From contig JASEGJ010000002.1 of NCBI GenBank assembly GCA_030018135.1, positions 1,230-65,229 on the forward strand: a stretch of DNA of 64,000 nucleotides. Direction: 5' to 3'. The notes under the pieces were generated by a model that was given only the letters and a program-made list of their open reading frames with translations, was not told where the DNA came from and did not search any database. The DNA comes from Candidatus Hodarchaeaceae archaeon. GTDB taxonomy: Archaea > Hadarchaeota > Hadarchaeia > Hadarchaeales > Hadarchaeaceae. How positions within the stretch are numbered: the first letter of the stretch is position 1; the number at the start of each line of letters is the position of its first letter. Positions 53,127-62,562 of this stretch are shown here, piece after piece. The translations under genes and the position numbers were made by a program.

Positions 53127-53693
53127 TTAAACGGATTTTCTCAATATCGCAAGCTGAGTCTCGAGCTTGTTCGAGAATTCCTGATCATCAGACCAATCGA
53201 GGCGCACCAGTTCCTCCGCCGCCCGAAGTGTGCGATGGATGCGCTCGGTGACCTCTGGGCTAAGCCCGCCCCGCCCCGCAAGGCCGCAAAGTTCGGCGAT
53301 CTCGCTGGTGAGCGAGGTCTGCTCCCCATGTCCCACCAATATAGACCTGCCCAGCGCTTCTTCCATCGCCCTCAACCTCAGATCCGCTGGCAGTATTGCA
53401 TCAAAGCTATGGAGTTCCATCGGTTGCCAAGCCGGGCTTGAGAAGAATGAACTGAGCTTGGGTGCGGCTGCTGCTGGAACCGCTATGACGCTTTTTCCGA
53501 GCTTGAGGTGGGGGATGCCCGTGAGCAAGCCCGGGCTGATGTGCTGGTAAGTCTTCGTCGAGCCATCCCTGCCGAGGTACCTCACTCGGGTGGAAAAGCC
53601 GAAGAGTTTACGGTAAAACGATGTCCGCCTAGTGCCCGTGAACTTGATGTCAAAACTAAATACGTGGGCAAGGGTTTGGAGCCTTTTCGACAT
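53127..53693 (-). CDS. hypothetical protein (188 aa)
   Basis: Clean ORF with an apparently leaderless start about 25 nt after a GTTAAATTTT box. No family recognised. Confidence 0.5.
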   Translation of the reverse strand: MSKRLQTLAHVFSFDIKFTGTRRTSFYRKLFGFSTRVRYLGRDGSTKTYQHISPGLLTGIPHLKLGKSVIAVPAAAAPKLSSFFSSPAWQPMELHSFDAILPADLRLRAMEEALGRSILVGHGEQTSLTSEIAELCGLAGRGGLSPEVTERIHRTLRAAEELVRLDWSDDQEFSNKLETQLAILRKSV

Positions 53694-53733
53694 GTTTGAT
53701 ACATATGTAGCACAAAATTTAACTCTTCTCCTA

Positions 53734-53947
53734 CCCCTTTATTTCCAGTGGAAGTTTATTGTAAAACTATAACTCTTTTTTGATACATGTGTACAATAAT
53801 AACTATCTACTCAAAAATTAATTAAAAGTCCTCCAGAGGAAATGAAGGGTGGAGAATGACTCGATCTTAAAATGTGGTCGAATCCAAGATTGATGATGTC
53901 ATGCTCACAAAGCTTTTAGCGTTTTAACCCCCCTTCTCCAGTGGTGG
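53734..53947. other. candidate replication origin: three ORB-like boxes around an AT-rich unwinding stretch
   Basis: ORB-like boxes at 53734-53754 (minus: CTTCCACTGGAAATAAAGGGG), 53831-53852 (plus: CTCCAGAGGAAATGAAGGGTGG) and 53928-53947 (minus: CCACCACTGGAGAAGGGGGG). A ~76-bp AT-rich spacer lies at 53755-53830. Confidence 0.6.
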
Positions 53948-53999
53948 TTGCACGCCCCTTGGCGAAAAGCTCGAGCCCGCGACGCGCGGCACGAGCGAG

Positions 54000-54956
54000 G
54001 TGGTGACGGAACAAGAGCTACGCGACCTGCTCGAGCGGAAGGTCCCGACAGTTTATTGCGGCTATGAGCCTTCCGGCAAGATCCACTTCGGCCATGCGTT
54101 GACGGTACGAAAGCTCATAGATTTCCAGGAGCTTGGGGCTCGGGTGATAGTCCTGCTAGCGGACCTGCACGCGTACCTAAACGACAAGGGCACGCTGGAC
54201 GAGATCCGCCGCATAGCCGACTACAACCGTCACTGCTTCATCGCCCTCGGACTCGACCCCAAACGCACCGAGTTCGTGGTGGGCTCCGACTTCCAGCTTC
54301 AGCCCAAGTATTTCATGGACGTTTTGCGGATGGCGGTCGACACCACGTTGCTCCGCGCGAGGCGGTCCATGGACATGATCGCGCGGCACCTCGAAAACCC
54401 GGATGTCGCGCAGGTGCTGTATCCCCTGATGCAGGCCGTCGACATGGCTTGGCTGGGCGTCGATGTCGCGGTCGGGGGGATCGACCAGCGAAAGGTTCAC
54501 ATGGTGGCGCGGGAGAAGCTCCCAGCCTTGGGCTATAAAAAGCCCGTCTGCGTGCACATGCCGCTGCTCCACGGCTTGGACGGCGCGGTGAAGATGTCCT
54601 CGAGCAAGGGGAACTTCATCGCGGTCGACGATGAGCCGGCAACAATCGAGGAGAAAATCGAGAAGGCCTTTTGTCCGCCGAAGCAGGTGAGGGACAATCC
54701 CGTCATCGAGTACGCGGAGCACGTCGCGCTCCCCGCCCTAGGTCACCTCGAGGTAAAAAGGTCGCCGCGCCATGGCGGACCGATTGAGCTCAAGGATTCG
54801 AGCGAGCTTGAAAGGCTGTACGCCGCAGGCGGGCTTCATCCAGCCGACCTGAAGGCGGCTCTCTCCGAGGCGCTCATCGAACTCTTGGCGCCGGTCAGGC
54901 GATATTTTAAAGAACACCCCAACGCTCGGCCGCCGGGGCCATCACGGGTGCTCTGA
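54000..54956 (+). CDS. tyrS: tyrosine--tRNA ligase (archaeal type)
   Basis: YCGYEPSGKIHFGH (HIGH) and KMSSSKG (KMSKS). The in-frame upstream peptide PLGEKLEPATRGTSEVV looks coding but has no start codon. GTG 53941 becomes in-frame if the C4 run at 53955-58 is one base longer. Confidence 0.92.
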   Translation: MVTEQELRDLLERKVPTVYCGYEPSGKIHFGHALTVRKLIDFQELGARVIVLLADLHAYLNDKGTLDEIRRIADYNRHCFIALGLDPKRTEFVVGSDFQLQPKYFMDVLRMAVDTTLLRARRSMDMIARHLENPDVAQVLYPLMQAVDMAWLGVDVAVGGIDQRKVHMVAREKLPALGYKKPVCVHMPLLHGLDGAVKMSSSKGNFIAVDDEPATIEEKIEKAFCPPKQVRDNPVIEYAEHVALPALGHLEVKRSPRHGGPIELKDSSELERLYAAGGLHPADLKAALSEALIELLAPVRRYFKEHPNARPPGPSRVL

Positions 54957-55015
54957 ACCGACATTTGCAATGTTTTTAAGAGGAGGCGCCCCAACCAAGG
55001 TGAGGAGGCTGAGAA

Positions 55016-55836
55016 ATGAGAGCCAAGCCGCGCTCGATAAGCATCACCTCCGGCAAAGGAGGAACCGGCAAGACCACGCTGACCGCGAACCTCGGCATCG
55101 CCCTCGCCAGCCTCGGCCGCGAAACCACCATTTTGGACGGCGACTTGGCGATGGCGAACCTCGCCCTAGTTCTTGGGATGCACAAATATGAGATGTCGTT
55201 TCTCGATGTGTTGGCGGGCAGGGCAGATGTCGCCGACGCGATATACGAGAATTACGGCGTCAAGGTCGTCCCGACGGGATTTCGCTTCGAAGATATCCAC
55301 GATGCGCTCTCGAAGGTCAAGCGCGAGCGCGTTGAGGAGGTCGTCAGCGAACTCCTGCGGCAGACCGAGTTTTTGCTCATAGACGCGCCGGCAGGAATTG
55401 CCGACTCGACGATAATATCCATAGCAGCTGCTCGGGAGATGCTGCCCGTGACGAACCCGACTTACGCCAGCTTGGTGGACTGCTACAAGACGATCAGGCT
55501 TGCCAACGTGCTCGGTGCTTGGACCCGGGGTCTAGTGGTGAACCGCACGGGAAGATCAGCCGATCTTTCGCTCGCCGATGTGGAGCACTTAATGGGTAGG
55601 ACCTTGGGGGCAATGCCCATCTTGGCAGCCCCGACGATCAAAAGGTGCTCGAAGCTGAGCGCGAGAGCGTGCCAGTTGTGGTGTACGAGCCTGAGTGCCC
55701 AGCTTCCGTCGCCATAAACGGGCTTGCCAAGATCATCGCGGGCGACGGCGACCTGCCATACGCGCCATCCGCCGAGGATGAGGTCAGCGAGACCGTCCGG
55801 AGGCTGACGCGCGCCCTCACCGGCCGACGCGCCTGA
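55016..55836 (+). pseudogene. minD: MinD/ParA-family ATPase, frameshifted near the C-terminus
   Basis: Deviant Walker A SGKGGTGKT. The C-terminal conserved part (PDDQKVLEAERESVPVVVYEP...) is in the 55645..55836 frame. The switch maps to a G5 run at 55606-55610. Confidence 0.8.
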
Positions 55837-56554
55837 TTCCACCGGCGAACCAAAGCAGCATCAGCGAGAAAAGTGCGGCAGATAGAGCGAGCTTCACGTA
55901 CTCAATGCCGGTCCCTCCAGCCGGGCTAATGAAGCCTTCGACGAAACCGGCGATGACCAAGAGCATCAACGAGGCCGGCAGCAGGTTCTTCACATCGCGC
56001 CCGGCGGCCTTCAGGTCGATAAGATTACCTCGCTTGATCAGGGCTTTGGCAGCGCCTAGACCCAACCTTATCCCGCAGGTTGCTGCGACCAAGATCGCCG
56101 ATAGCTCGATGAGCCCGTGGGGCAAGATCAACGAGAAGAACTCGAGCGAAGAGAAGTCCGTCGCTCTCCCCGCTAGATAAAACGGAAGATAGCCGAGCGC
56201 CAACCCATTTACGATGAGGACGAAGACCGGGAATATCCCGAATACCAACCCGAGCCCCACGATTTCTACGGTTATCGAGACGTTGTTCGCGATGACATGC
56301 GCCGCCAGCTCGAGTCCATTGGATATTCCAGACGCTTCGTTTTCCATCCTCTCCAGCTTTGGCTCGACCTCCCCCCTTATGACCCGGCCAGCAGCGCTCT
56401 CCCCGTAGATGCCCGCAAGAGCGCCGACCGCGATAGCGCACGCGAACGCGACCGTCACCAACGCAAGCAGGTGAAAGTTTCGGTGAAGCGACTTGATAAA
56501 ATCCACCGCCAAATAGCGCCCAAGCCGCCTGCCCAGCGACATTTTGACAGGCAT
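55817..56554 (-). CDS. SpoIIM/DUF95-family membrane protein
   Basis: Polytopic, with the ILPHGLIELSAI motif typical of the family. Confidence 0.65.
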   Translation of the reverse strand: MPVKMSLGRRLGRYLAVDFIKSLHRNFHLLALVTVAFACAIAVGALAGIYGESAAGRVIRGEVEPKLERMENEASGISNGLELAAHVIANNVSITVEIVGLGLVFGIFPVFVLIVNGLALGYLPFYLAGRATDFSSLEFFSLILPHGLIELSAILVAATCGIRLGLGAAKALIKRGNLIDLKAAGRDVKNLLPASLMLLVIAGFVEGFISPAGGTGIEYVKLALSAALFSLMLLWFAGGIRRVGR

Positions 56555-56563
56555 GTAAAGCCC

Positions 56564-56911
56564 CTAATTCATGAACTCATTTTTTGTCATGGTGGCGGCC
56601 AGTGAAATGAAGATAATACTCGCCACTAGGAAAGCCCTGTAAAGACCAAACTTGGGTAGGCAGAGGTACAGCGCCATGGCGAAACCAACGTTTGCTATCA
56701 TGGCGAGAACGGCGCCCCGCGCCACCTGCGTTGCGAACTCCTCGCCCCGGTGGAGGCCGGCGAGAAATATTGTGCCACCCGCCCTGATCGGCGCCCCCGC
56801 GATCAAGCCGCCGTACAATGGGCCTAGCAAGGAGGCCATCAGTAGAGCCCCGGCCACGATGATGCCGCCGAAGATGAAGTCGAATGCGATTGTTTTTATT
56901 CTCGAGTCCAT
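56564..56911 (-). CDS. small membrane protein (DUF3147-like)
   Basis: 115 aa with four hydrophobic segments. The family call is tentative. Confidence 0.45.
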   Translation of the reverse strand: MDSRIKTIAFDFIFGGIIVAGALLMASLLGPLYGGLIAGAPIRAGGTIFLAGLHRGEEFATQVARGAVLAMIANVGFAMALYLCLPKFGLYRAFLVASIIFISLAATMTKNEFMN

Positions 56912-57028
56912 GGTTTGACCCCACTTCTTTTTACTTTCAGGACATTAAACTGTTGTCATAACTTCGTAACCACCGCGGCAACCCCTTTTGTACACCACTT
57001 GAGGGCCCAGCGAGCGAGCATATCCGAC

Positions 57029-57586
57029 TTAGCGCAGATAAATATTGCCACCGTGCAGGTCGACGGCCACGACGAGGGGCCCGAAGTCACGAACTCGCAA
57101 CACCCAAATCGCCTCCGCCGTCCCGAGGTCCTGCCATAACATCTTCTCGACTCCTTTGATGGCCCGTGCAGCTAGGACACCGGCACCGCCCGTGAAAGCG
57201 AGATATATGCAGCCCAATCGCCTAAGCTCCGACGCAACGTCCTCCCCAACTCCCCCCTTGCCGATCAGCGCGCGCACGCCAGTCAATTCGACAAATTCTG
57301 CCTGCATGCTATCGAGGCGGGCGCTGGTGGTGGGCCCGGCGGACAAAACTTGCCAGCCCCCCCTCGTTTTCATCGCCAAAGGCCCACAATGATAAATCGC
57401 CGCGCCGCGTAGGTCGAGCGGCAACCGTTTACCCGAGCGGAGGGACTCCAGCGCTCGGGCGTACGCTTTATCGCGAGCAGTGATGATCCGCTCGCTGATG
57501 CTGACGAAGTCGCCAACTCGAAGTCGCTTTATCTGTCGCTCATCAAGCGGCGGTCTCAGTTTTGTAGCATGGGGGACGAAAATCAC
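57029..57586 (-). CDS. class I fumarate hydratase, beta (C-terminal domain) subunit
   Basis: Fe-S hydro-lyase beta-type blocks (YHCGP, GPTTSARLD, LIGKGG). Overlaps the alpha subunit gene by 4 nt. Confidence 0.88.
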   Translation of the reverse strand: MIFVPHATKLRPPLDERQIKRLRVGDFVSISERIITARDKAYARALESLRSGKRLPLDLRGAAIYHCGPLAMKTRGGWQVLSAGPTTSARLDSMQAEFVELTGVRALIGKGGVGEDVASELRRLGCIYLAFTGGAGVLAARAIKGVEKMLWQDLGTAEAIWVLRVRDFGPLVVAVDLHGGNIYLR

Positions 57587-58440
57587 GGAACTTCCACCAC
57601 CAGTCGATCGTCGACAAGCCTAGCTGATGCCCGGCGCGCGGCCCAGCATTGAAAGTTGATCGCGACTGGCAGGCTGGCCATATGGCATGCTGCCTTCTCG
57701 ACGTGGACCCCAAGGACCGTCGTCCTGCCGCCTAGACCCATGGGTCCAATGCCGAACTCGTTGGCCGCGTCAGCGAGGCGGAGCTCAAGGTCGGCGAGCC
57801 CCCGATCTCTGTTCGAGGTGCCCAACGGGCGCAGGAGCGCCCTTTTGGCGAGCAGGCAGGCAACGTCCGCGGAGCCCCCCACGCCGACCCCCACAATCGT
57901 AGGCGGACAGGGCTTGCCCCCGGATTCAGCGACGGCGAACAAGACGGCGCGCTTAATTGCCGCTTGGCCGTCGGTGGGTCTGAGCATATAGAGCCTGCTC
58001 CAGTTTTCGCTACCGGCGCCCTTGATAAGGATGTCGATTTGTAAGTGTTTGCCGCGGATTAGGTCAATATGGACGATCGGCTGGCCCGCATTAGATTTTT
58101 TTCCGGTGAGTGGATCGACTGCATTCTGACGAAGTGGCACAGCCCGTGCCGCCCTTTTGATGGCATCCGATAACGCCCGAACTAAATCGAAGCCGAGATC
58201 GAGCTCCGAGCCCAGTTTGACGAAGAAAATTGGGATGCCGGTGTCTTGGCAAATCGGCACCCCGAGTTTTCGCGCGAGTTCTAGGTTCTTGAGCATGCAG
58301 TCGAATTGCACCGTGGCAATTTTATTTCGCTCACGTTTTCTTGATCGCTCAATCGCATCAACGATGTCTTTTGGTAGCGTCGTCGCGGCTCGCTGAAGCA
58401 TCTCGACTACGACATCACGGAACTCGTTTTTAAGTGGCAT
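57583..58440 (-). CDS. class I fumarate hydratase, alpha (N-terminal domain) subunit
   Basis: CQDTGIPIFFVKLG and the cluster-ligand-containing core. Start placed at MPLKNEF. Confidence 0.88.
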   Translation of the reverse strand: MPLKNEFRDVVVEMLQRAATTLPKDIVDAIERSRKRERNKIATVQFDCMLKNLELARKLGVPICQDTGIPIFFVKLGSELDLGFDLVRALSDAIKRAARAVPLRQNAVDPLTGKKSNAGQPIVHIDLIRGKHLQIDILIKGAGSENWSRLYMLRPTDGQAAIKRAVLFAVAESGGKPCPPTIVGVGVGGSADVACLLAKRALLRPLGTSNRDRGLADLELRLADAANEFGIGPMGLGGRTTVLGVHVEKAACHMASLPVAINFQCWAARRASARLVDDRLVVEVP

Positions 58441-58517
58441 GCGATCGACTCCAAATAGGTTTGATAACATTAAAACACCTTCGCGAGAATGCTTTTTGTT
58501 TGAGATGTGGGCCTACC

Positions 58518-58886
58518 ATGCTCCTAGTCGACTTAACAACTGGCAAAACCTTGGCGAACGAGGTCAAATTAGCGGGCACAATTTGGCAGATGTTTCTCGG
58601 TCTGATGTTTAAGGGCGGATTTCCAGCCGACCGAGCTTTGCTTTTTAAGCTGCCGAGGCCCGGCAAATACAGCGTTCACACATTTTTTGTCGCGGTTCCG
58701 ATCGACTTGATATATCTCGACTCCGGTTTCACTGTTGTTGAGCTTCGCGCGCATCTTAAGCCTTGGCGCATCTACAGACCGAAATCTATCGCAAATTATA
58801 TCATCGAGCTTCCAGTGGGCAGCATCGCACGTGCAGGCGCTGAGATCGGGCATAAGGTGGCTCTGAAGGAGGACACCGATGCATAA
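58518..58886 (+). CDS. DUF192-family protein
   Basis: GLMF...ALLF...HTFFVAVPIDLIYLD...IIELPVG pattern of DUF192. Confidence 0.72.
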   Translation: MLLVDLTTGKTLANEVKLAGTIWQMFLGLMFKGGFPADRALLFKLPRPGKYSVHTFFVAVPIDLIYLDSGFTVVELRAHLKPWRIYRPKSIANYIIELPVGSIARAGAEIGHKVALKEDTDA

Positions 58887-58989
58887 AAAATTTCATGCCT
58901 CATAGGAATGCTGGTGCATAACAGCCCAATAGTAACACATAAATTATAGGAAAAACGACAAAAAATGGGCTGGCCGAGCTGGCGAGGGG

Positions 58990-59916
58990 GTGACATCAGG
59001 CGGTGAGCAGGTGGAAATCCCCGAAGCGCTGGCGGCGGCAGCGGCATACTTGGCTTCTGAAATAAATGCCGATGCGATGCTTGCATTGATGGAAGATGGG
59101 AGGGCATACAACCCGACATTTCAGGAGATTTTCGACAGATTCATGATCCGAAATACGACAAATTCTCACAAAAAGAGGATCAAATTTGTTATAGCAACGT
59201 CAGATCAGGAAACTTACGAAAAGCTAAGTACTCGCTCACAGACCAAAGTTATTAAACTCGCTTTGCAGCCCCCAGGCAGGATTAGCAAAATTCAACACGC
59301 GATATGCAGTGGCGTACAAAAGGGTGTTTTCTGGCCAGGCGAGCTCATAGTATGTTTAACTGGAGACGGTTTCTTGGGTGGAATCGATACACTTTTTGTT
59401 CATCGAGTCGTGGGGTCCGAGTCAACGTTTGCAGAAATGATCGAATCAGATCCGGTACTATGCGCGGTCGTCGAGATAGCGATGGAACTGGGCCGAGATG
59501 GTTACCACGGCCAACCGATAGGCACGGCATTCATGGTAGGCGACAGCAAGGCGGTTCTGAGACTCTCAAATCAACTCATGTTAAACCCGTTTAGGGGCCA
59601 TCCTCCAGCAATAGTCACGGATAGGAAAGACAAGGAAATCATTAAGAAGTATGCAGTATTCGATGGCGCATTTATCGTGAACGATGATGGGCGAGTTTTG
59701 GCGGCGGGACGATATCTAAGCGCGAACGCCAAGGTTGACATCCCTCGCGGCCTCGGAACCCGCCACACAGCGGTAGCGGCGATGACCGCGGCGACAAATG
59801 CCAAAGGGGTCACAGTTTCCGGGGAGGATGGCGCAGTGAGGATTTTCGAGCACGGCGAACTCAAGGCGAAGATCAATCCCAAGAGCAAGACATTAACCGA
59901 GATATTGATAGAGTAG
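58990..59916 (+). CDS. dacZ: diadenylate cyclase (DisA_N/DAC domain, archaeal DacZ-like)
   Basis: C-terminal DAC domain with DGAFIV...GRYL and GLGTRHTAVAAMT motifs. Confidence 0.82.
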   Translation: MTSGGEQVEIPEALAAAAAYLASEINADAMLALMEDGRAYNPTFQEIFDRFMIRNTTNSHKKRIKFVIATSDQETYEKLSTRSQTKVIKLALQPPGRISKIQHAICSGVQKGVFWPGELIVCLTGDGFLGGIDTLFVHRVVGSESTFAEMIESDPVLCAVVEIAMELGRDGYHGQPIGTAFMVGDSKAVLRLSNQLMLNPFRGHPPAIVTDRKDKEIIKKYAVFDGAFIVNDDGRVLAAGRYLSANAKVDIPRGLGTRHTAVAAMTAATNAKGVTVSGEDGAVRIFEHGELKAKINPKSKTLTEILIE

Positions 59917-59920
59917 GCCG

Positions 59921-60784
59921 CTAGCCAGTTACATATTCAAGCGTTTGCGGAAGGCCCCACTTTAGCTTGAATTTACGCCGGAAATATTTCAGGACATTTT
60001 CGACATCGCGCCCCAACAGCTCTTTTGCATTACGATGGCTGGTCGGTACCCATTGGGGCCAATCTATGATCAACACTTCACCGCTGGGCTTGACGACGAT
60101 ATTATGTTCGCTAAGGTCTGCGTGCACGATGCCCAGTTGATATGCTCGCTTAACGTTTTCGATTACATCCTCGAGCACGATACCGGGCTCGGTTATACCT
60201 GCAACGTTTGCAAGCTCCACACCATCTATTAGCCCCATCACCACGACGTGACGATCAATTGCGATCGGTTTCGGCACCGAGACATGTGGGTGAAGCCTTT
60301 GTAGCGCGTCGAACTCGCGTTTAGCAGCCGATCGCGAGGCGTAAACCCAACTGCAACTGGGTGCATAAGGGCGAAGTTTTTTGACACGGGTAAAGCTCGT
60401 CCGCCCCAGGCGATTAAACTTAACCGCAACTTTTGTACCATCCGGCATGAGCGCATCGTAAATGTCGGCTTCCTTGCCTATGCCGAGTGGGTTACCAAAG
60501 GCCTCGAGCACGCTTCTTTCGACCAGTGCCCTAAGCGCTAGTGCATCGTATCCAGCTGGCAGAAGCCTATAGCCGACATAGCCGGTCGTTCGGCGCACTA
60601 TCAGCTTGAACTTGCTTAGTCTGTCGAGTAGGTAATCCACATCTTTTGATGCAAGCCCGCTTAATACGGACAGTTTGTCAACTGGGACGAACTCATAGTG
60701 GCGCATCCCTCGCTCCATTACGGCGAGCATTTTGAAGTCATCAGGCCGCAGCTGCTTGAACACATTGATTGCTTGCAGGATCAT
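59921..60784 (-). CDS. rio2: RIO-type serine/threonine kinase Rio2
   Basis: N-terminal wHTH followed by a RIO kinase domain (GKEADIY, VHADLSEHNIVV, IDWPQ). Confidence 0.9.
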   Translation of the reverse strand: MILQAINVFKQLRPDDFKMLAVMERGMRHYEFVPVDKLSVLSGLASKDVDYLLDRLSKFKLIVRRTTGYVGYRLLPAGYDALALRALVERSVLEAFGNPLGIGKEADIYDALMPDGTKVAVKFNRLGRTSFTRVKKLRPYAPSCSWVYASRSAAKREFDALQRLHPHVSVPKPIAIDRHVVVMGLIDGVELANVAGITEPGIVLEDVIENVKRAYQLGIVHADLSEHNIVVKPSGEVLIIDWPQWVPTSHRNAKELLGRDVENVLKYFRRKFKLKWGLPQTLEYVTG

Positions 60785-60837
60785 TTTCTCAAAAAGCTAT
60801 ATTTGTTCAGCGGCTAAAACAGTTTGAGGGGACATCG

Positions 60838-62550
60838 GTGCGTTATGCGACCTTGGCCGAGGCCTTTGAGAAGCTCGAGAAAACCTCAGCGTATCTTGAG
60901 AAGAATGCCATTATCGCAGATCTGTTGAGGAAGACACCTGCCAAAGACATGGAGATGGTCGTCTCACTTTTGTTGGGCAAAACATACCCAACCTATGTGT
61001 CTAAGGAGACGGGCGTTGGTCCGCAGCAGCTAAAAAAGGCGTTGGCCCAAGCCTCGGGCTACTCATCCGCGGATATAGATAGGCTTTTGAAAAAAGTCGG
61101 CGATTTGGGCGAAGTTGCCCGACAGCTGCAGGAGAAGAAAAAACAGGTGACATTGTTCGCGGGACACTTAACAGTAGAGAAAGTTTTCAATAACATCAAG
61201 GCGCTGCCTGAGATCGCAGGCGAGGGCTCAGTTGATAAGAAGATATCCGCGATCGCTGAACTCTTGGCCAGCGCGTCTCCGCTTGAGGCTAAGTACGTGG
61301 TTCGCACAGTGTTGGGGGACCTCAGAATAGGCGTGGCAGAGGGGCGTCTCCGCGATGCAATAGCCAGCGCATTCAACGTTTCCCCAGATGTTGTTGAACA
61401 TGCATACATGCTGACAACAGATTATGCCGTTGTTGCTAAAGCCGCCGCAGCTCGAGGCGAGCGGGGTTTGGAGGAACTTGGGTTAGAGGTCGGTCACCCA
61501 GTCAATCCGATGCTGGCGCAGCGCGCTGAAACTCTGGAGGAGATACTCGAACGCATGGGTGGCAAAGCTGCATTTGAGATCAAGCTCGATGGTATTAGGA
61601 TTCAAGCCCATAAGGACGGAGATCAGATAAGTTTGTTCACACGCCGTATGGAGGATTACACGTCCATGTTCCCAGACTTGATAGAACCGCTGCGTCAAGC
61701 GCTGAAGCCCAAACGCGTGATCGTCGATGGGGAACTCGTCGCGATCGACAAGCGGACGGGCAAGCCAATGCCGTTTCAGGAGGTCCTAAAGCGGCGCCGT
61801 AAGTACGAGATCAAGGAAGCCATAGAGCAACTCCCAATCGAGATGCACATATTTGATGTGATGTTTTGCGAAAAGGAGTCCATGCTCGACCGACCGTACA
61901 CCGAGCGCAGAACGGTACTCGAGAAAATCGTCGAACCGATAGCCGGCAAGGTTCTAGTGGTCGAACAGATAGTCAGCGGTGATCCAGACGAAATTAAGAC
62001 CTTCATGAACAAGTCCATCGGCATGGGACATGAGGGGCTGTTAGCAAAGGATTTAAAGGCAAATTATCGCGCCGGCAGACGCGAGTTCGTCTGGTTGAAG
62101 TTAAAGCCGACAGTTGAAACCCTTGATCTTGCGGTAGTTGGTTCGTTCGCGGGCAGGGGCAAGCGCGCCGGCACGTTTGGCAGCTATTTACTTGCTGCCC
62201 GCGATTCAAAGACCGATAAGCTTTACACGGTGACGAAGCTTGGTAGCGGGTTCACCGATGAGCAACTTGAAGAGTTTACGAAAGAATTTAAACCACTAAT
62301 AGTAGATAAGAAACCCGCGAACGTAGTCGCCGAAATTGAGCCAGACCTTTGGCTAAAACCCAAAATCGTTTTTGAGATTATATACGAGGAAATCCAGAAG
62401 TCGCCGGCAGAAAAACATACGAGCGGATTCGGCCTGAGATTTCCGAGGTTTGTGAAGTTGCGCGAGGACAAAAGCGCCGACGAGGTAAACACGGTCGAGG
62501 AGATAGAACATCTTTACCTTGAGCAGCAAAAAAGAAAAACGAGGAAATAA
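60838..62550 (+). CDS. lig: ATP-dependent DNA ligase
   Basis: Adenylation motif EIKLDGIRIQ, then EGLLAK, WLKLK and an OB domain. A GTG start at 60838 avoids the overlap with rio2. Confidence 0.95.
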   Translation: MRYATLAEAFEKLEKTSAYLEKNAIIADLLRKTPAKDMEMVVSLLLGKTYPTYVSKETGVGPQQLKKALAQASGYSSADIDRLLKKVGDLGEVARQLQEKKKQVTLFAGHLTVEKVFNNIKALPEIAGEGSVDKKISAIAELLASASPLEAKYVVRTVLGDLRIGVAEGRLRDAIASAFNVSPDVVEHAYMLTTDYAVVAKAAAARGERGLEELGLEVGHPVNPMLAQRAETLEEILERMGGKAAFEIKLDGIRIQAHKDGDQISLFTRRMEDYTSMFPDLIEPLRQALKPKRVIVDGELVAIDKRTGKPMPFQEVLKRRRKYEIKEAIEQLPIEMHIFDVMFCEKESMLDRPYTERRTVLEKIVEPIAGKVLVVEQIVSGDPDEIKTFMNKSIGMGHEGLLAKDLKANYRAGRREFVWLKLKPTVETLDLAVVGSFAGRGKRAGTFGSYLLAARDSKTDKLYTVTKLGSGFTDEQLEEFTKEFKPLIVDKKPANVVAEIEPDLWLKPKIVFEIIYEEIQKSPAEKHTSGFGLRFPRFVKLREDKSADEVNTVEEIEHLYLEQQKRKTRK

Positions 62551-62562
62551 AGATCGGATTCA

